From positions 32,001-96,000 of IMG/VR virus record IMGVR_UViG_3300025840_003418: a stretch of DNA of 64,000 bases; one strand, 5' to 3'. Under the pieces are notes generated by a model that did no database searches, was not told the origin of the DNA, and worked only from the letters and a program-made list of their open reading frames with translations. The position numbers were made by a program, and so were the translations under genes. The stretch comes from a virus. How positions within the stretch are numbered: position 1 is the first letter of the stretch; each line of letters begins with the position of its first letter. Positions 36,389 to 46,401 of the stretch are shown in pieces.

Positions 36389-36744
36389 TTTTGACTATCT
36401 CCTTTGGCAACTCTGTAATTATCTTCAACACTGTCTGGTGTACTAACCTCTACTAGTGTACCTGCTTCTAAACAAATTATTTGATGCGGTAGCAATGGAG
36501 GATTATGCCACGAATCTCCTACACGTAATTCATGTACCTCTATATCAGCTGTTCTAGTATCAATCGTACGGACTTCAAAATGTCCTGATAGTACATGCCA
36601 AGTTTCGTCCTTTTCTCGATGAAAATGCATACTAAACTTTGCACCTGTGTTAAAATTTAATAACTTACCGCAGTATAAGTCGTTAGTAGCAAATATTAAT
36701 TCACTACCCCAACCCTTTTCTACATGTCCTTTTAGTCTTTGCAT
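36385..36744 (-). CDS. Cupin sugar isomerase-like protein (mannose-6-phosphate isomerase type II-like)
   Basis: KGWGSE, SMHFH..KDET, PH, EVST, D.YRV. Confidence 0.8.
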   Translation of the reverse strand: MQRLKGHVEKGWGSELIFATNDLYCGKLLNFNTGAKFSMHFHREKDETWHVLSGHFEVRTIDTRTADIEVHELRVGDSWHNPPLLPHQIICLEAGTLVEVSTPDSVEDNYRVAKGDSQK

Positions 36745-37529
36745 ATTTCTTCCAATCTCGGAGCATATACGCCTCTATGTTGTACAGAAATTTGGCTAGA
36801 CTTTATTGCAAATTCTATTGCCTTTTCTTTATTATCAGTTAACATATAATATGTAACAAAGGCTGCAAAAAAACTATCTCCTGCACCGGTTACATCGGCT
36901 ATTTCTATTGGTTCTACATGATGAGTAGATGTTGTTTTACCATTTTCTATAACAAGCACATCTTTGTCAGCTCGGGTTACAACTAAACTTTCTGCTTCTG
37001 ATATAGCATCATTATACTCATGTTCGTTTATTTTTACTATACAATTTCTAAATCTTGCAAGATCAGGTTTCTTAGTATCAATAAATATCGGAACAGTTGC
37101 ATTATTAGTTATTTCTTCTATTAAATCATAAGGAACTAACCCTTTGTCATAATCTGGTATTACTATACAGTCATATACGCCAGCATACGACAACTTTACT
37201 TCTTGACTCTTAACCTTTTCATCAACTCTGTAAACTTGCCTATAGGATCCTTTTTCAATATACCTATGTTTGTTTTCTACAACATAAGTTTGCAAATTAA
37301 TATTCTTTACGCCCAATGCTTTAAAGTTTTCTGCAACATTGTAACTCATGCCGTATGCACTTTCAGTATACATAAGATCAAAAATAGGCACAGGTGCTTC
37401 TTGGCTTATACGAGTTACTTTGCCGTAATGATTTAGATCACAACAACCGTCACCTATTATTAATACGTTCAATGACCTTTGTTGAAGAATATCTTGCATC
37501 TCTTTCAAAGAAAAACAGTTCTTTTGCAT
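36732..37529 (-). CDS. PfkB-family sugar kinase, HldA/RfaE domain I-like (heptose-7-phosphate kinase)
   Basis: LIIGD...G.VTRISQEAPVP, DYDKG, IDTK, KINEHE, DVTGAGDSF; true start probably TTG at 37472. Confidence 0.85.
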   Translation of the reverse strand: MQKNCFSLKEMQDILQQRSLNVLIIGDGCCDLNHYGKVTRISQEAPVPIFDLMYTESAYGMSYNVAENFKALGVKNINLQTYVVENKHRYIEKGSYRQVYRVDEKVKSQEVKLSYAGVYDCIVIPDYDKGLVPYDLIEEITNNATVPIFIDTKKPDLARFRNCIVKINEHEYNDAISEAESLVVTRADKDVLVIENGKTTSTHHVEPIEIADVTGAGDSFFAAFVTYYMLTDNKEKAIEFAIKSSQISVQHRGVYAPRLEEICKD

Positions 37530-37845
37530 ATTCGCTTCCTATAACTCTTTTATTTACATAGTCTGATCCAACTATCATTAAATCTGGACCATATTCTTTT
37601 ACAGTACTTATGAGCTCGTCGTCTGTTCCAAACAAACTAACTTCGTCAATGAATTTAATGCATTCTAGCATACGCCTGCGTATGTCTTGGTTATTAACAG
37701 GTCTGTCGAAACCTTTGTTTACTTTTATCCTCTCGTCAGTATCTATTGCTACTTTTAAATAGTCGCCTTGGGATTTTGCATATTCAAATAATGCCATGTG
37801 TCCCGGATGCAGTATATCAAAAGTTCCGTTTACAAAAATTTTCAT
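37450..37845 (-). CDS. Nucleotidyltransferase, HldC/RfaE domain II or TagD-like
   Basis: NGTFDILHPGH, KG..RPVN, GSDY, YSSTK. Confidence 0.9.
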   Translation of the reverse strand: MKIFVNGTFDILHPGHMALFEYAKSQGDYLKVAIDTDERIKVNKGFDRPVNNQDIRRRMLECIKFIDEVSLFGTDDELISTVKEYGPDLMIVGSDYVNKRVIGSEYAKELFFFERDARYSSTKVIERINNR

Positions 37846-38363
37846 ACAGAATATAATTGCGGATATTCTAACATTAGATGCATGCCGCCCTTCTCGTATG
37901 CGTTTTTATATACATCAAATATCTGTTCGCTAGATGTAAATTCATAAAATGTTGTGTTTGGACATAACGACTTAAATTGTTCAAAATAATTACCCTTATG
38001 TTGATGTCCGGGATCTAATGGCTCATCGGCGCCTTTGCCTACTCTAATAATAACCGTAGCTGTGCTTCCTGTCATCAGTTCATACTTATCTATATGGTTA
38101 ACAAGTTGATTTGTTGCACTTATTAAGAAGTCCCATCTAGGATAAATGGTAACTACTTTCATTCCGGTCATTGCCATACCTAGACTTATCCCCATTTGAA
38201 CTTCTTCCATTACTGGAGTTTCTATCATTTTATCTTTGTTGACATTATCGAGTGTAGCACTCATTGGATTACCAGGAAAAACAATTTGTTGTCCGATAAA
38301 CTTTGTATCATTTTTATCACCTAAAAAGGTCATTGCCTTTGTTAGTTCTTCTTTATAACTCAT
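37842..38363 (-). CDS. TPP-dependent enzyme, E1-beta/transketolase pyrimidine-binding domain only
   Basis: IETPVMEEVQMGISLGMAMTG, DFL...NQLVN, IIR, GHQH; no C-terminal transketolase domain. Confidence 0.8.
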   Translation of the reverse strand: MSYKEELTKAMTFLGDKNDTKFIGQQIVFPGNPMSATLDNVNKDKMIETPVMEEVQMGISLGMAMTGMKVVTIYPRWDFLISATNQLVNHIDKYELMTGSTATVIIRVGKGADEPLDPGHQHKGNYFEQFKSLCPNTTFYEFTSSEQIFDVYKNAYEKGGMHLMLEYPQLYSV

Positions 38364-39270
38364 TTTGATAAATTCCTTGTTTTATGTTAACATGTAGTAA
38401 CGGCGAAAACGACGGTAAATTAGTAAACGGCTGTAACAAATTTCTATCTTCTATAGTTTTAATAACGTTTTCAGCCATTACATGATGGCACAACATTGAT
38501 GGATGGTCATCTAAGGGCGGTTGATTAAAATAGTCATAATCGGATCTTATTGTTAATTCTTGATTACCAGGTTGATGTTCGTCCATCATGTCTGCCATGC
38601 TTTGGTATTCTATTCCTTTATAAGTCAATGTCATTAACCGTTCATTCATCCAAGGATTATTTCTAATCCATTCTAAATTTTCATTTGGCCATGATAGTAA
38701 CAGTGTAGGTATACCCTTATCTTCACAAGTGCGTAAAAAATGTTCTATAGGTCTTAGACTATAATCAATATACCATTTTACATAATCATCAGGTGTTTTG
38801 ATATCATGTATCTTCATAAAACGTTTTAATTTAGGAATATCATTGTACAATTCATTAAAAGCAATACCCGGTCCTTCAAAAGCAATACAATCTCTATGAG
38901 GTTGAGTAAGTTGCATTACTACTAAACCAATATCTTCTAAAGGAATATCTGTCCTTCCGTGTCCATCCACAAAATTAGTATCACTAAAAAAACAGGTATT
39001 CCACCACTTTAAAATACTCTGATGACTGCCGCCGTTAACTCTATCTACTATTTCTGATGTATTAAAGTAATTTGCAACCAGTCTTGGAAATCTCATTCTT
39101 GCAGCGTGTTCAATTTGTGTGTGATTTACTAGTCGGTGATCGTAGGTGTTCCACGGTTGTTCAACTATGCTAGGAAGTCCTGTATAATAATACAGACCTT
39201 GTCCCCAAGTAAAACTACATCCTGCAAATAAAATAGATTTATTTACTTTTTCTGTTTTTCGTTTTATCAC
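38353..39270 (-). CDS. SGNH hydrolase-like protein
   Basis: FAGCSFTWGQG, NGGS, DDHPS...H. Confidence 0.65.
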   Translation of the reverse strand: MIKRKTEKVNKSILFAGCSFTWGQGLYYYTGLPSIVEQPWNTYDHRLVNHTQIEHAARMRFPRLVANYFNTSEIVDRVNGGSHQSILKWWNTCFFSDTNFVDGHGRTDIPLEDIGLVVMQLTQPHRDCIAFEGPGIAFNELYNDIPKLKRFMKIHDIKTPDDYVKWYIDYSLRPIEHFLRTCEDKGIPTLLLSWPNENLEWIRNNPWMNERLMTLTYKGIEYQSMADMMDEHQPGNQELTIRSDYDYFNQPPLDDHPSMLCHHVMAENVIKTIEDRNLLQPFTNLPSFSPLLHVNIKQGIYQNEL

Positions 39271-39694
39271 TTTGTCCTCCTTTCGGCCAACTTATTTCCC
39301 AGTCTTTAAAATCTGCTGCTAAACAGTCTACTTTATAATCTTTTCTTCCACCAATTAGTTCTTGTATAATATTCTTACTTGTATTTCTAATTCCGTTCAG
39401 ACCATGAGTAAGTTCAAGATTTCCTTCTTTTTCGCCTCTACGAAACTTTGATTCATTTTGCCAGATATGCAAATTCATTTGTGCGCAAACTATTATAGCT
39501 CTAATAGTTTTTGCATCAACTACTGAATTATTTTCATCTAGTATAAGTTGTATGTCGTGTACAATATCATCAATCTCTTGTGCGTACTCGTCTTTGTATT
39601 CTGGTATAAAGACTTCTTTTAATTGTACAATAGAAAGTCTATCAATTAATTCACTTAGTGTTTGTAAATATCTTCTTTCTGATTTGTATGTCAT
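39239..39694 (-). CDS. Helical hypothetical protein (DUF4254-like, seen in sugar loci)
   Basis: TLSELIDRLSIVQLK...N..IW..E...R...N..R pattern. Confidence 0.55.
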   Translation of the reverse strand: MTYKSERRYLQTLSELIDRLSIVQLKEVFIPEYKDEYAQEIDDIVHDIQLILDENNSVVDAKTIRAIIVCAQMNLHIWQNESKFRRGEKEGNLELTHGLNGIRNTSKNIIQELIGGRKDYKVDCLAADFKDWEISWPKGGQSDKTKNRKSK

Positions 39695-40623
39695 AGGTTC
39701 GTAAAACTCCTGTTGTTGTGCGTAACTACAATACTATATGCTTCAATAAGTTGTTTTATACCATAATCTAAATCATACAAAGGTTTCCAACCTAGTGATT
39801 CTATTTTATCATTACTTACAATATAGTTTCGTTTATCAAAGTCTTGTTTAAATTCGTCCTGCTTAATAACTAAACCAGGTATGTGTTCTTTTATTTTTTC
39901 TGCAAGTTCCATTTTACTTAGATTAGCAGTAGACAATCCTACATTAAATGCTTCGCCTGAACATTTTTCATAGTTTTCTATTACAAACTCAAATGCTCTT
40001 GCAATGTCTTGTACATGTATATAGTTGCGTTTAAAATGCGCTTCAAACAAAACGAGATATCCATCCGTAAAAGATTTATAAACAAAATCATTTACTAACA
40101 GGTCTTGGCGCATTCTAGGACTAATTCCAAAAACAGTAGCAAGTCTTAGTGCAACACCGCCGCTAGCAATAACTGTATCTTCTGCGTCACACTTTGTTTT
40201 AGCATACAAACTAAGAGGTTTGAATGGACTTTCTTCTGTGATAATTTCTTCACTAGAACCATACTGGCTGTTTGTGTTAGGCATAATCAATTTCTGTTTT
40301 GCTGTTAACACTTGTGCAATGTGCTTTATCTGTTCGTAGTTAACTTCTACTGTAAGTTGAGGATTATCTTTACATGCTGGCATTCCTACAATAGCAGCTA
40401 AGGGAATTATTACATCGTGATCTTTAACTAATTCTTGCAATAGTTCTTTGTTGCGTACATCGCCTTTTACAAAACAAAAGTTGTCGTTTTTAAATAGATG
40501 CAAAAGAGACAATTGCTTGTACATAAGATTGTCTAATACTGTAACAGCATATCCTTTAGATAACAAATATTCTGCTGCTGTAGAACCTAAGTATCCGGCT
40601 CCGCCTGTGATTAATATTTTCAT
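39691..40623 (-). CDS. NAD-dependent nucleotide-sugar epimerase/dehydratase (extended SDR)
   Basis: ITGGAGYLG, LAAIVG, YAKTK (YxxxK), LRLATVFG. Confidence 0.92.
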   Translation of the reverse strand: MKILITGGAGYLGSTAAEYLLSKGYAVTVLDNLMYKQLSLLHLFKNDNFCFVKGDVRNKELLQELVKDHDVIIPLAAIVGMPACKDNPQLTVEVNYEQIKHIAQVLTAKQKLIMPNTNSQYGSSEEIITEESPFKPLSLYAKTKCDAEDTVIASGGVALRLATVFGISPRMRQDLLVNDFVYKSFTDGYLVLFEAHFKRNYIHVQDIARAFEFVIENYEKCSGEAFNVGLSTANLSKMELAEKIKEHIPGLVIKQDEFKQDFDKRNYIVSNDKIESLGWKPLYDLDYGIKQLIEAYSIVVTHNNRSFTNL

Positions 40624-40628
40624 ATATT

Positions 40629-41729
40629 TTATCCCTTTAAAGCATTTATAAACTTTGATGTTAATACCATATCGTCATCTTGTGTAATCATACGAATTAA
40701 TTTTTCATAATTTTTTTCTATTTTTTCACCATAATTGTCTAGTAAATATTTTTGAACATTATGATTAGTTTTATATTTTTCTTTTAGATCGATTAGATAT
40801 TTGCAAGTGCTATATATAGAATTTTGTGCGTCATCTTGTGTAATCTCATTTAAATTTTCAGGAAGAAATTTAAAATTTAGTAACCAAAATCCATTGTCAA
40901 TAAGCCATTTATATTGATCTTGAGTCGTATATAGCATAAAAAATATTTTTGCTTTACCATATAACAAACATTTTAATGTTTTTTCCGATATATGTTGTCT
41001 GTGAAATCTACTGTCTGTATCGACACCATCAGCCCAATTGTGACCTACATCGTTACCTATTGTTTCCCATAACATATTAACAACACTAGTTTGGTAATCT
41101 GTATAAGATGATATGTGATTATGTTCCCAAACTCCGAATATTTCATAACTATTAATAACATCAGAAATATTACTACTATGCGATTTGTAAATTTTAAGAT
41201 CTTCTTTTAATATTTCTTTCATATTATCATAGATCATATGTCTAGTCTGAGACAATTTTCCGTTTATATGGAAAGGTCTGTGATAACATCCAACAAGATT
41301 ATTTTTTATGTCAGATGGATAAAAATTTAAAAATTCATGACCAAAATAATAATAAAAATAAAATAAAGTTAATCTATAATCATTTATAGCATTTTTATGA
41401 TCAAAAGAATATTTTGCGCCAGAAAGATATATATTACCGTTATCTAAAAATCTTTTTATATCATTATCTGAAAAGCTAGGACCTATCTTTTCGCCAGGAG
41501 TTGATAAAACTATTTTACTTTTATTTTCTTGATTAATAAGATCAATGCTGTTAGAACATTCTAAGTATTTTTTTTTAGGCCAAGATTTGCCAAAATAGAA
41601 CAAATCATTGTTAAGTTTAACACTAAAGCTACCTCGCTCTCCTACATTAACCTTGCCATTTTTTAAAAAATACATAATGTACCCTATTTCATTCCAACGG
41701 CTATACTTAAAATAATACTTGGACATCAA
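40629..41729 (-). CDS. Hypothetical protein, weak similarity to the SEKT-type glycosyltransferase-like family
   Basis: ET...ISEKTLK...GF motif resembles 43228 and 46391; very AT-rich. Confidence 0.5.
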   Translation of the reverse strand: MMSKYYFKYSRWNEIGYIMYFLKNGKVNVGERGSFSVKLNNDLFYFGKSWPKKKYLECSNSIDLINQENKSKIVLSTPGEKIGPSFSDNDIKRFLDNGNIYLSGAKYSFDHKNAINDYRLTLFYFYYYFGHEFLNFYPSDIKNNLVGCYHRPFHINGKLSQTRHMIYDNMKEILKEDLKIYKSHSSNISDVINSYEIFGVWEHNHISSYTDYQTSVVNMLWETIGNDVGHNWADGVDTDSRFHRQHISEKTLKCLLYGKAKIFFMLYTTQDQYKWLIDNGFWLLNFKFLPENLNEITQDDAQNSIYSTCKYLIDLKEKYKTNHNVQKYLLDNYGEKIEKNYEKLIRMITQDDDMVLTSKFINALKG

Positions 41730-43228
41730 TCACCTAATAATTTTCTTTTTAAAGTTTTCTTTCTTGTATTACGCAATTGCTCTACTGCATGAAATCCAAA
41801 TCTTTTTTCTAATAGTCTCTCATATTCTGGTAAGCTATTGTATCTATCCCATGCATAATCTCTAAATCTTAAAACTTCTGCTGCTGACAAATAATCTGTT
41901 GGCAAGTTTTGTGTTTCATATGCGTGTTGCGAGTAACCTATATACTGGTCAGGAAGTTTTACTCCATTTGCTTTTGACTGTCTATATAACGGCGATCCTG
42001 GATAAGCCATAGCACAGTAAAAACTAGCCATTTCAGTTAAGTTTTCTTTAGCAAACTGTAAGGTATTTTCCATACTTTTCTGCGTGTCTCCTGGTAATCC
42101 AAATATGTAATTTCCTGCTACTGCAATACCATGCGATTGAATATTTGCAATCAATGTAGTAATGTTTACATCTTCAAACCCTTCTTTGTATATAATTTTT
42201 CTAGCTTCTATATCAGGATTCTCAATTCCTAATGCGAGCCATTTAACACCTGCACGTCTTAGTATTTCTAAATGCTCTGGTTTACAAGTGTCTACTCTAG
42301 CATATGCCCATATGTTAAAGTCATAGCCTCGTTCAATGATTAACTCACATATTCTTACAAAATGTCTAGGATTAAGAACAAACAGTTCATCTGCAAATTT
42401 AATATTTTTAACACCTTTATCTGCTAGTATACCAAGTTGATTAACTGTAAATTCCGGAGACCAAAATCTAAAGCCATTCATATGAGATGCGTCGAGTTGA
42501 TCATTGCTAGATCTATTAATAATATTAATCATACAAAAGGAACACTTATACGGACATCCTAAACTAGTATATATAGATGCAAAAGGTTCTTTTATTGAAT
42601 TATTAGTCCAACTATGCCAGCCAGCTGTTCTATACCCACTGTTAGGATCTATTTTATTCCAATTTATTCCAGGCAAGATAATATCAAGGTTGCTTCTAGA
42701 AACAGGAATAGATGCTTCATTTAAATGTACACCTTCTGCATCCCTATATGCTATACCTTTGATGTAGGACAAGGACTTTGTTAAGTCCGAAGCTTGACTT
42801 AAATCGTGTAATGCTTGTACACCTTCATTTGTAAATGCAATGTCAATAAAAGAATGTAACTCAAGTGTTTCGACAGGCAATGCACTTACATGCCCGCCTA
42901 CGAATCCTATTTTAATATTAGCATCTAATTGTTTTACAAGTTCTGCAACTTCTATTGCTCCGGTCATATTTTGCGAAGAAGCGCTCGGTTGTGCTCCATA
43001 GACAATAAAAACTGCCATTTCACATCTAGAGTCTTGTATCCTTGCCGCTGACTGTTCTGCAGTCAATCCTAAGACTTCGCAATCTAATATTTCTGTTCCT
43101 ATACCTGCTGTTGATAGACTATTTTCTAAGAGTCCTGCCCAAATAGGTGTCTCTATAGCACTATCGGATGATGCTAAAGACTGAAATACTCTTTTTGCAG
43201 AATTTGCATGAATAAGCAAAAATTTCAT
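41726..43228 (-). CDS. B12-binding radical SAM protein (class B methyltransferase-like)
   Basis: VGGHVSALP, NEG, TSLGCPYKCSFC, DELF, YARVD, LGIE, IFGLPGDT, YPGS. Confidence 0.9.
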   Translation of the reverse strand: MKFLLIHANSAKRVFQSLASSDSAIETPIWAGLLENSLSTAGIGTEILDCEVLGLTAEQSAARIQDSRCEMAVFIVYGAQPSASSQNMTGAIEVAELVKQLDANIKIGFVGGHVSALPVETLELHSFIDIAFTNEGVQALHDLSQASDLTKSLSYIKGIAYRDAEGVHLNEASIPVSRSNLDIILPGINWNKIDPNSGYRTAGWHSWTNNSIKEPFASIYTSLGCPYKCSFCMINIINRSSNDQLDASHMNGFRFWSPEFTVNQLGILADKGVKNIKFADELFVLNPRHFVRICELIIERGYDFNIWAYARVDTCKPEHLEILRRAGVKWLALGIENPDIEARKIIYKEGFEDVNITTLIANIQSHGIAVAGNYIFGLPGDTQKSMENTLQFAKENLTEMASFYCAMAYPGSPLYRQSKANGVKLPDQYIGYSQHAYETQNLPTDYLSAAEVLRFRDYAWDRYNSLPEYERLLEKRFGFHAVEQLRNTRKKTLKRKLLGD

Positions 43229-44541
43229 TACCGATATAGTTCCTCAATTTTTTCAAACAACTCTATATAAGGATTAGTATCTATAAAAGTTTTAAGATGT
43301 TCTTGATTATATAAAAGTATATCCTTACAATTATAATACAGATCATGCATGGTGTCAAGAGACATATTACCCAGTCTTCTAATTTCTTTCATCATTAATT
43401 GAACACGCTTCTTCTTGTTATCTTCTCTAGTATATGCTTCGTCAATATACGGTTCAAAAGTTTTAAAACCTAACTCGTGCAACAGTTGTATTGCACCAAT
43501 ATTTCCGTAGTGTATAAACGGATGTAAATTTACAAATGGTCTAAACGTTTTTTCAGAATTAAAAGGATAATCGTTATTGATAAAATCTGTTTCAGATACA
43601 ATACTTACATAACTATCAGTATACCACTGTTTATTAGTTTGGTTTGATGGAAATCCTGTTTTGTCATCAAAATGATTAGTGTCAAGTTCTATTGGAATCA
43701 TTGCATTAGCTTTATCAATTACGTCCTTAGGCATATCAGCACCGTAATGTTCATAAAGCCAATTTTGTACAATGTCTGTTTCTTCCTGCATAGGTGAAAT
43801 AAAACTTGCTAAACTTTTTTCTAATAAACCTGTACGCACTAATTCGTATAATAGATAATATCTATGCTTTCGATTTGCCCTATTTAAAGTTAAAAAGTGC
43901 TTACTACGTTTAGATCCATCTAGGTCTGCCTCTCTTACTATATCAGCAGTATAATTTAGACTACCAACAAACGGAAAGTTCATCATTTCTTTTGCACTTT
44001 CGTGTGCAAAGAACGTCGAACTTTCGATAACATGCATTTCTGTATTTTTTTGAATATTGCCAGCAACCATAATTAAATTTTTTAAATCCATTCCATAAGA
44101 TCTAAAATAGTCTTCTATTTCTCGTATACCGTCTAACATAATCGGATCATGCGTAAGATTAATTATAATCTTAACCTTTCCTGATAGAATTAAATTACGC
44201 ATCTTAGTTGACAGTGTATCCATAAGAGAATAATGAATATTAGTATTTTTTGTATAACTGCCCTTCCATAAAACTTCAAAATGCAAAATCTCTAAAGGAA
44301 ATAAGTAAGTTTCATTATCGTTAACATCTACTTCATCTGGACTTACTTGTTTTAATAGTCCTGGTTTAATTGTATATCGATGAAAATTATCGTGCCATCT
44401 AAAAGATACACCGACAGTCTCTTCTATTCTTTTTCTAATTTCTTCTTCATTAAAAAGATTAGAAGTTTCATATAAACAGGACTGATGTAACCCATTAGGT
44501 AATGCAATTCCATTTACCCATTTATCAAAAACAACTTTCAT
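43228..44541 (-). CDS. Putative GT-B glycosyltransferase-like protein (GT10-like C-terminal motif)
   Basis: FLTLNR...HR, IVSET...SEKTFRPF...HPFI..G..G....L..LGFKTF...IDE.Y. Confidence 0.5.
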   Translation of the reverse strand: MKVVFDKWVNGIALPNGLHQSCLYETSNLFNEEEIRKRIEETVGVSFRWHDNFHRYTIKPGLLKQVSPDEVDVNDNETYLFPLEILHFEVLWKGSYTKNTNIHYSLMDTLSTKMRNLILSGKVKIIINLTHDPIMLDGIREIEDYFRSYGMDLKNLIMVAGNIQKNTEMHVIESSTFFAHESAKEMMNFPFVGSLNYTADIVREADLDGSKRSKHFLTLNRANRKHRYYLLYELVRTGLLEKSLASFISPMQEETDIVQNWLYEHYGADMPKDVIDKANAMIPIELDTNHFDDKTGFPSNQTNKQWYTDSYVSIVSETDFINNDYPFNSEKTFRPFVNLHPFIHYGNIGAIQLLHELGFKTFEPYIDEAYTREDNKKKRVQLMMKEIRRLGNMSLDTMHDLYYNCKDILLYNQEHLKTFIDTNPYIELFEKIEELYR

Positions 44542-45171
44542 TTAGAAAACTACCCATTTACCAGTACCGTAATGAGGATATTTAGATTTATAGTTATAAT
44601 GTATAACATCATTAGGTAAATCTCTTGTTTTATTCCATGTTGCTACAGTCGGAGTTCTTGTACTAACTTCGTTATCTTCTACTACAAAGTATAATGGTAG
44701 ATCGAAATTACGTGCGTACTTATGGACTTCATAAAATAGCCCAGTTTCAAAACACATATCTCCTATAAAGCACCAAACTTTATCATCAGTTCCGTTATCT
44801 TTGATAGACTTAGCAACACCTAATGCTATTGAAAGAGGTCCACCGACGATTGCACTACTATAGAATTTTTCATCGATGTTACAAACTGTAATAGATTTAC
44901 CATCAAGTATTTCTTGTTCTAACCAATTAGGACTTAGACCTTTTAACAAAGCATGATAATGACTACGCCATGTAGAAAATACCCAGTCGCTTGTTTTAAT
45001 TCTTTTAAATATTTCTATCAACGAATCTTCATTACCGTTACTTAAATGAACAGGTCCTCTAATCTTAGCACCTTCCCAATGTTCTATTATTTTATTTTCA
45101 AACTCAATTAGATCTTGTGCTGTAAAAATGCTTTCTCTCACCTGAGGATACTGTTCTAAATTTTTAATCAT
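44542..45171 (-). CDS. TPP-dependent enzyme, shortened E1-alpha-like subunit
   Basis: GPVHLSNGNE, STWRSH, AIVGG, GDM...EDN TPP-binding motif. Confidence 0.85.
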   Translation of the reverse strand: MIKNLEQYPQVRESIFTAQDLIEFENKIIEHWEGAKIRGPVHLSNGNEDSLIEIFKRIKTSDWVFSTWRSHYHALLKGLSPNWLEQEILDGKSITVCNIDEKFYSSAIVGGPLSIALGVAKSIKDNGTDDKVWCFIGDMCFETGLFYEVHKYARNFDLPLYFVVEDNEVSTRTPTVATWNKTRDLPNDVIHYNYKSKYPHYGTGKWVVF

Positions 45172-45874
45172 AATATTTTCCTAAATGACTATGTATGTGT
45201 TCTGCTACTACTCTGTGACCATCGACTGAAAAATGTGAATCATCTATAGGATAATTTGGTAAGTCTAATAATCTATATTTATTAGTTGAAATATATCGAC
45301 ATAAATCAATGTTGTAATGAATGTTATCAAATGTCATCATGGTTTTACTTTCATCAGGCACTTCGTCTGCATCGTACAGAATCCACAATACATCAATTTT
45401 TTTGTTTTGTAGATATACAGTATATAAGTCAATATTTTTCATAAGGGTATTGAATTCGACTGTTCTGTTGTAAAAATATTTTTGATACAAGGTGTAGTAT
45501 CGCTTGATATTTTTATCGTCAATTTCTAAATTGTTAACTGTAACAAAATCTTCTATTTGATTTGAGTAAATCATTATACGTGGCAACAGAGTTGTTTGCA
45601 TAGTAACTAGAATATTGCTACCATCCTTAATATCTTTTGTGTGCTCATATACGTTCTTAAAAATTAAATCGTTCGATGCTCTTGGAACTCCGTGATTTTC
45701 TACTTCACAATTTAGCATTTTTGCTAGTTGTGTAGGATATGCATTGGCATACATATAATTTCCATATTCATTAGGAGGATGCTTTTTTAACCACCTATGA
45801 TACTCTGGTGAATTAAGGCCTGCGCCTTGTGTAAAACTACAACCAAAAGATAAAAGTTTATCGTATTGTTTCAT
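45164..45874 (-). CDS. SGNH hydrolase-like protein
   Basis: FGCSFTQG, YP..LA, NHGVPRASN, DSHFSVDGH. Confidence 0.65.
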   Translation of the reverse strand: MKQYDKLLSFGCSFTQGAGLNSPEYHRWLKKHPPNEYGNYMYANAYPTQLAKMLNCEVENHGVPRASNDLIFKNVYEHTKDIKDGSNILVTMQTTLLPRIMIYSNQIEDFVTVNNLEIDDKNIKRYYTLYQKYFYNRTVEFNTLMKNIDLYTVYLQNKKIDVLWILYDADEVPDESKTMMTFDNIHYNIDLCRYISTNKYRLLDLPNYPIDDSHFSVDGHRVVAEHIHSHLGKYYD

Positions 45875-46401
45875 CTATCTCTTTCCTGTAAAATAGGATC
45901 TGTTGTAGGCCACTCTATTCTAAATCGAGGATCGTTCCACTTAATAACACCTTGATTCTTTTCGTCTACATAGTCGCCTTCGTAGAACATATTATAATGG
46001 AATATACAATCTGTTAGTGCATAGTGACCGTTAGCGTACCCAGGAGGTATTAAAACTTGATCTCTAGTCTTTTCTGATAGTATATAAGATTCCCACTTAC
46101 CTGTTTTAAGATCAAGAACAACTAAATAGATATCACCTACAAGAGCTTGTACAAGTTTATAAGTCTTATCATCATAATGCAAGCCTCTTAATACACCTTT
46201 GTAAGACTTACTAAATCTTCCGTGAACTTCGCTGTCTTTAGAAATAATTTCTGTTACAGGATGGTCGCTAGAATGATAAGTTGTAAAAATTTCTCCTCTG
46301 TATTCACGATATACAGAAGGTTTATAAATTGGAACTTGTTTGCCAAACGTATTAAGATGCGAAACTATCCATTCGTTCCATTTTTGATTTTTATAGCTCA
46401 T
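45871..46401 (-). CDS. rmlC: dTDP-4-dehydrorhamnose 3,5-epimerase
   Basis: RG.IF, S.SYKGVLRGLH, KLV....G.I..V.LDL, IPPGYANG, WNDP...IEWP. Confidence 0.85.
   Translation of the reverse strand: MSYKNQKWNEWIVSHLNTFGKQVPIYKPSVYREYRGEIFTTYHSSDHPVTEIISKDSEVHGRFSKSYKGVLRGLHYDDKTYKLVQALVGDIYLVVLDLKTGKWESYILSEKTRDQVLIPPGYANGHYALTDCIFHYNMFYEGDYVDEKNQGVIKWNDPRFRIEWPTTDPILQERDR

Noticed and set aside
37842-45171. Pyruvate dehydrogenase (pdhA/pdhB) as an auxiliary metabolic gene pair
   Set aside because: Both subunits are truncated and separated, E2/E3 are absent, and the context is nucleotide-sugar synthesis
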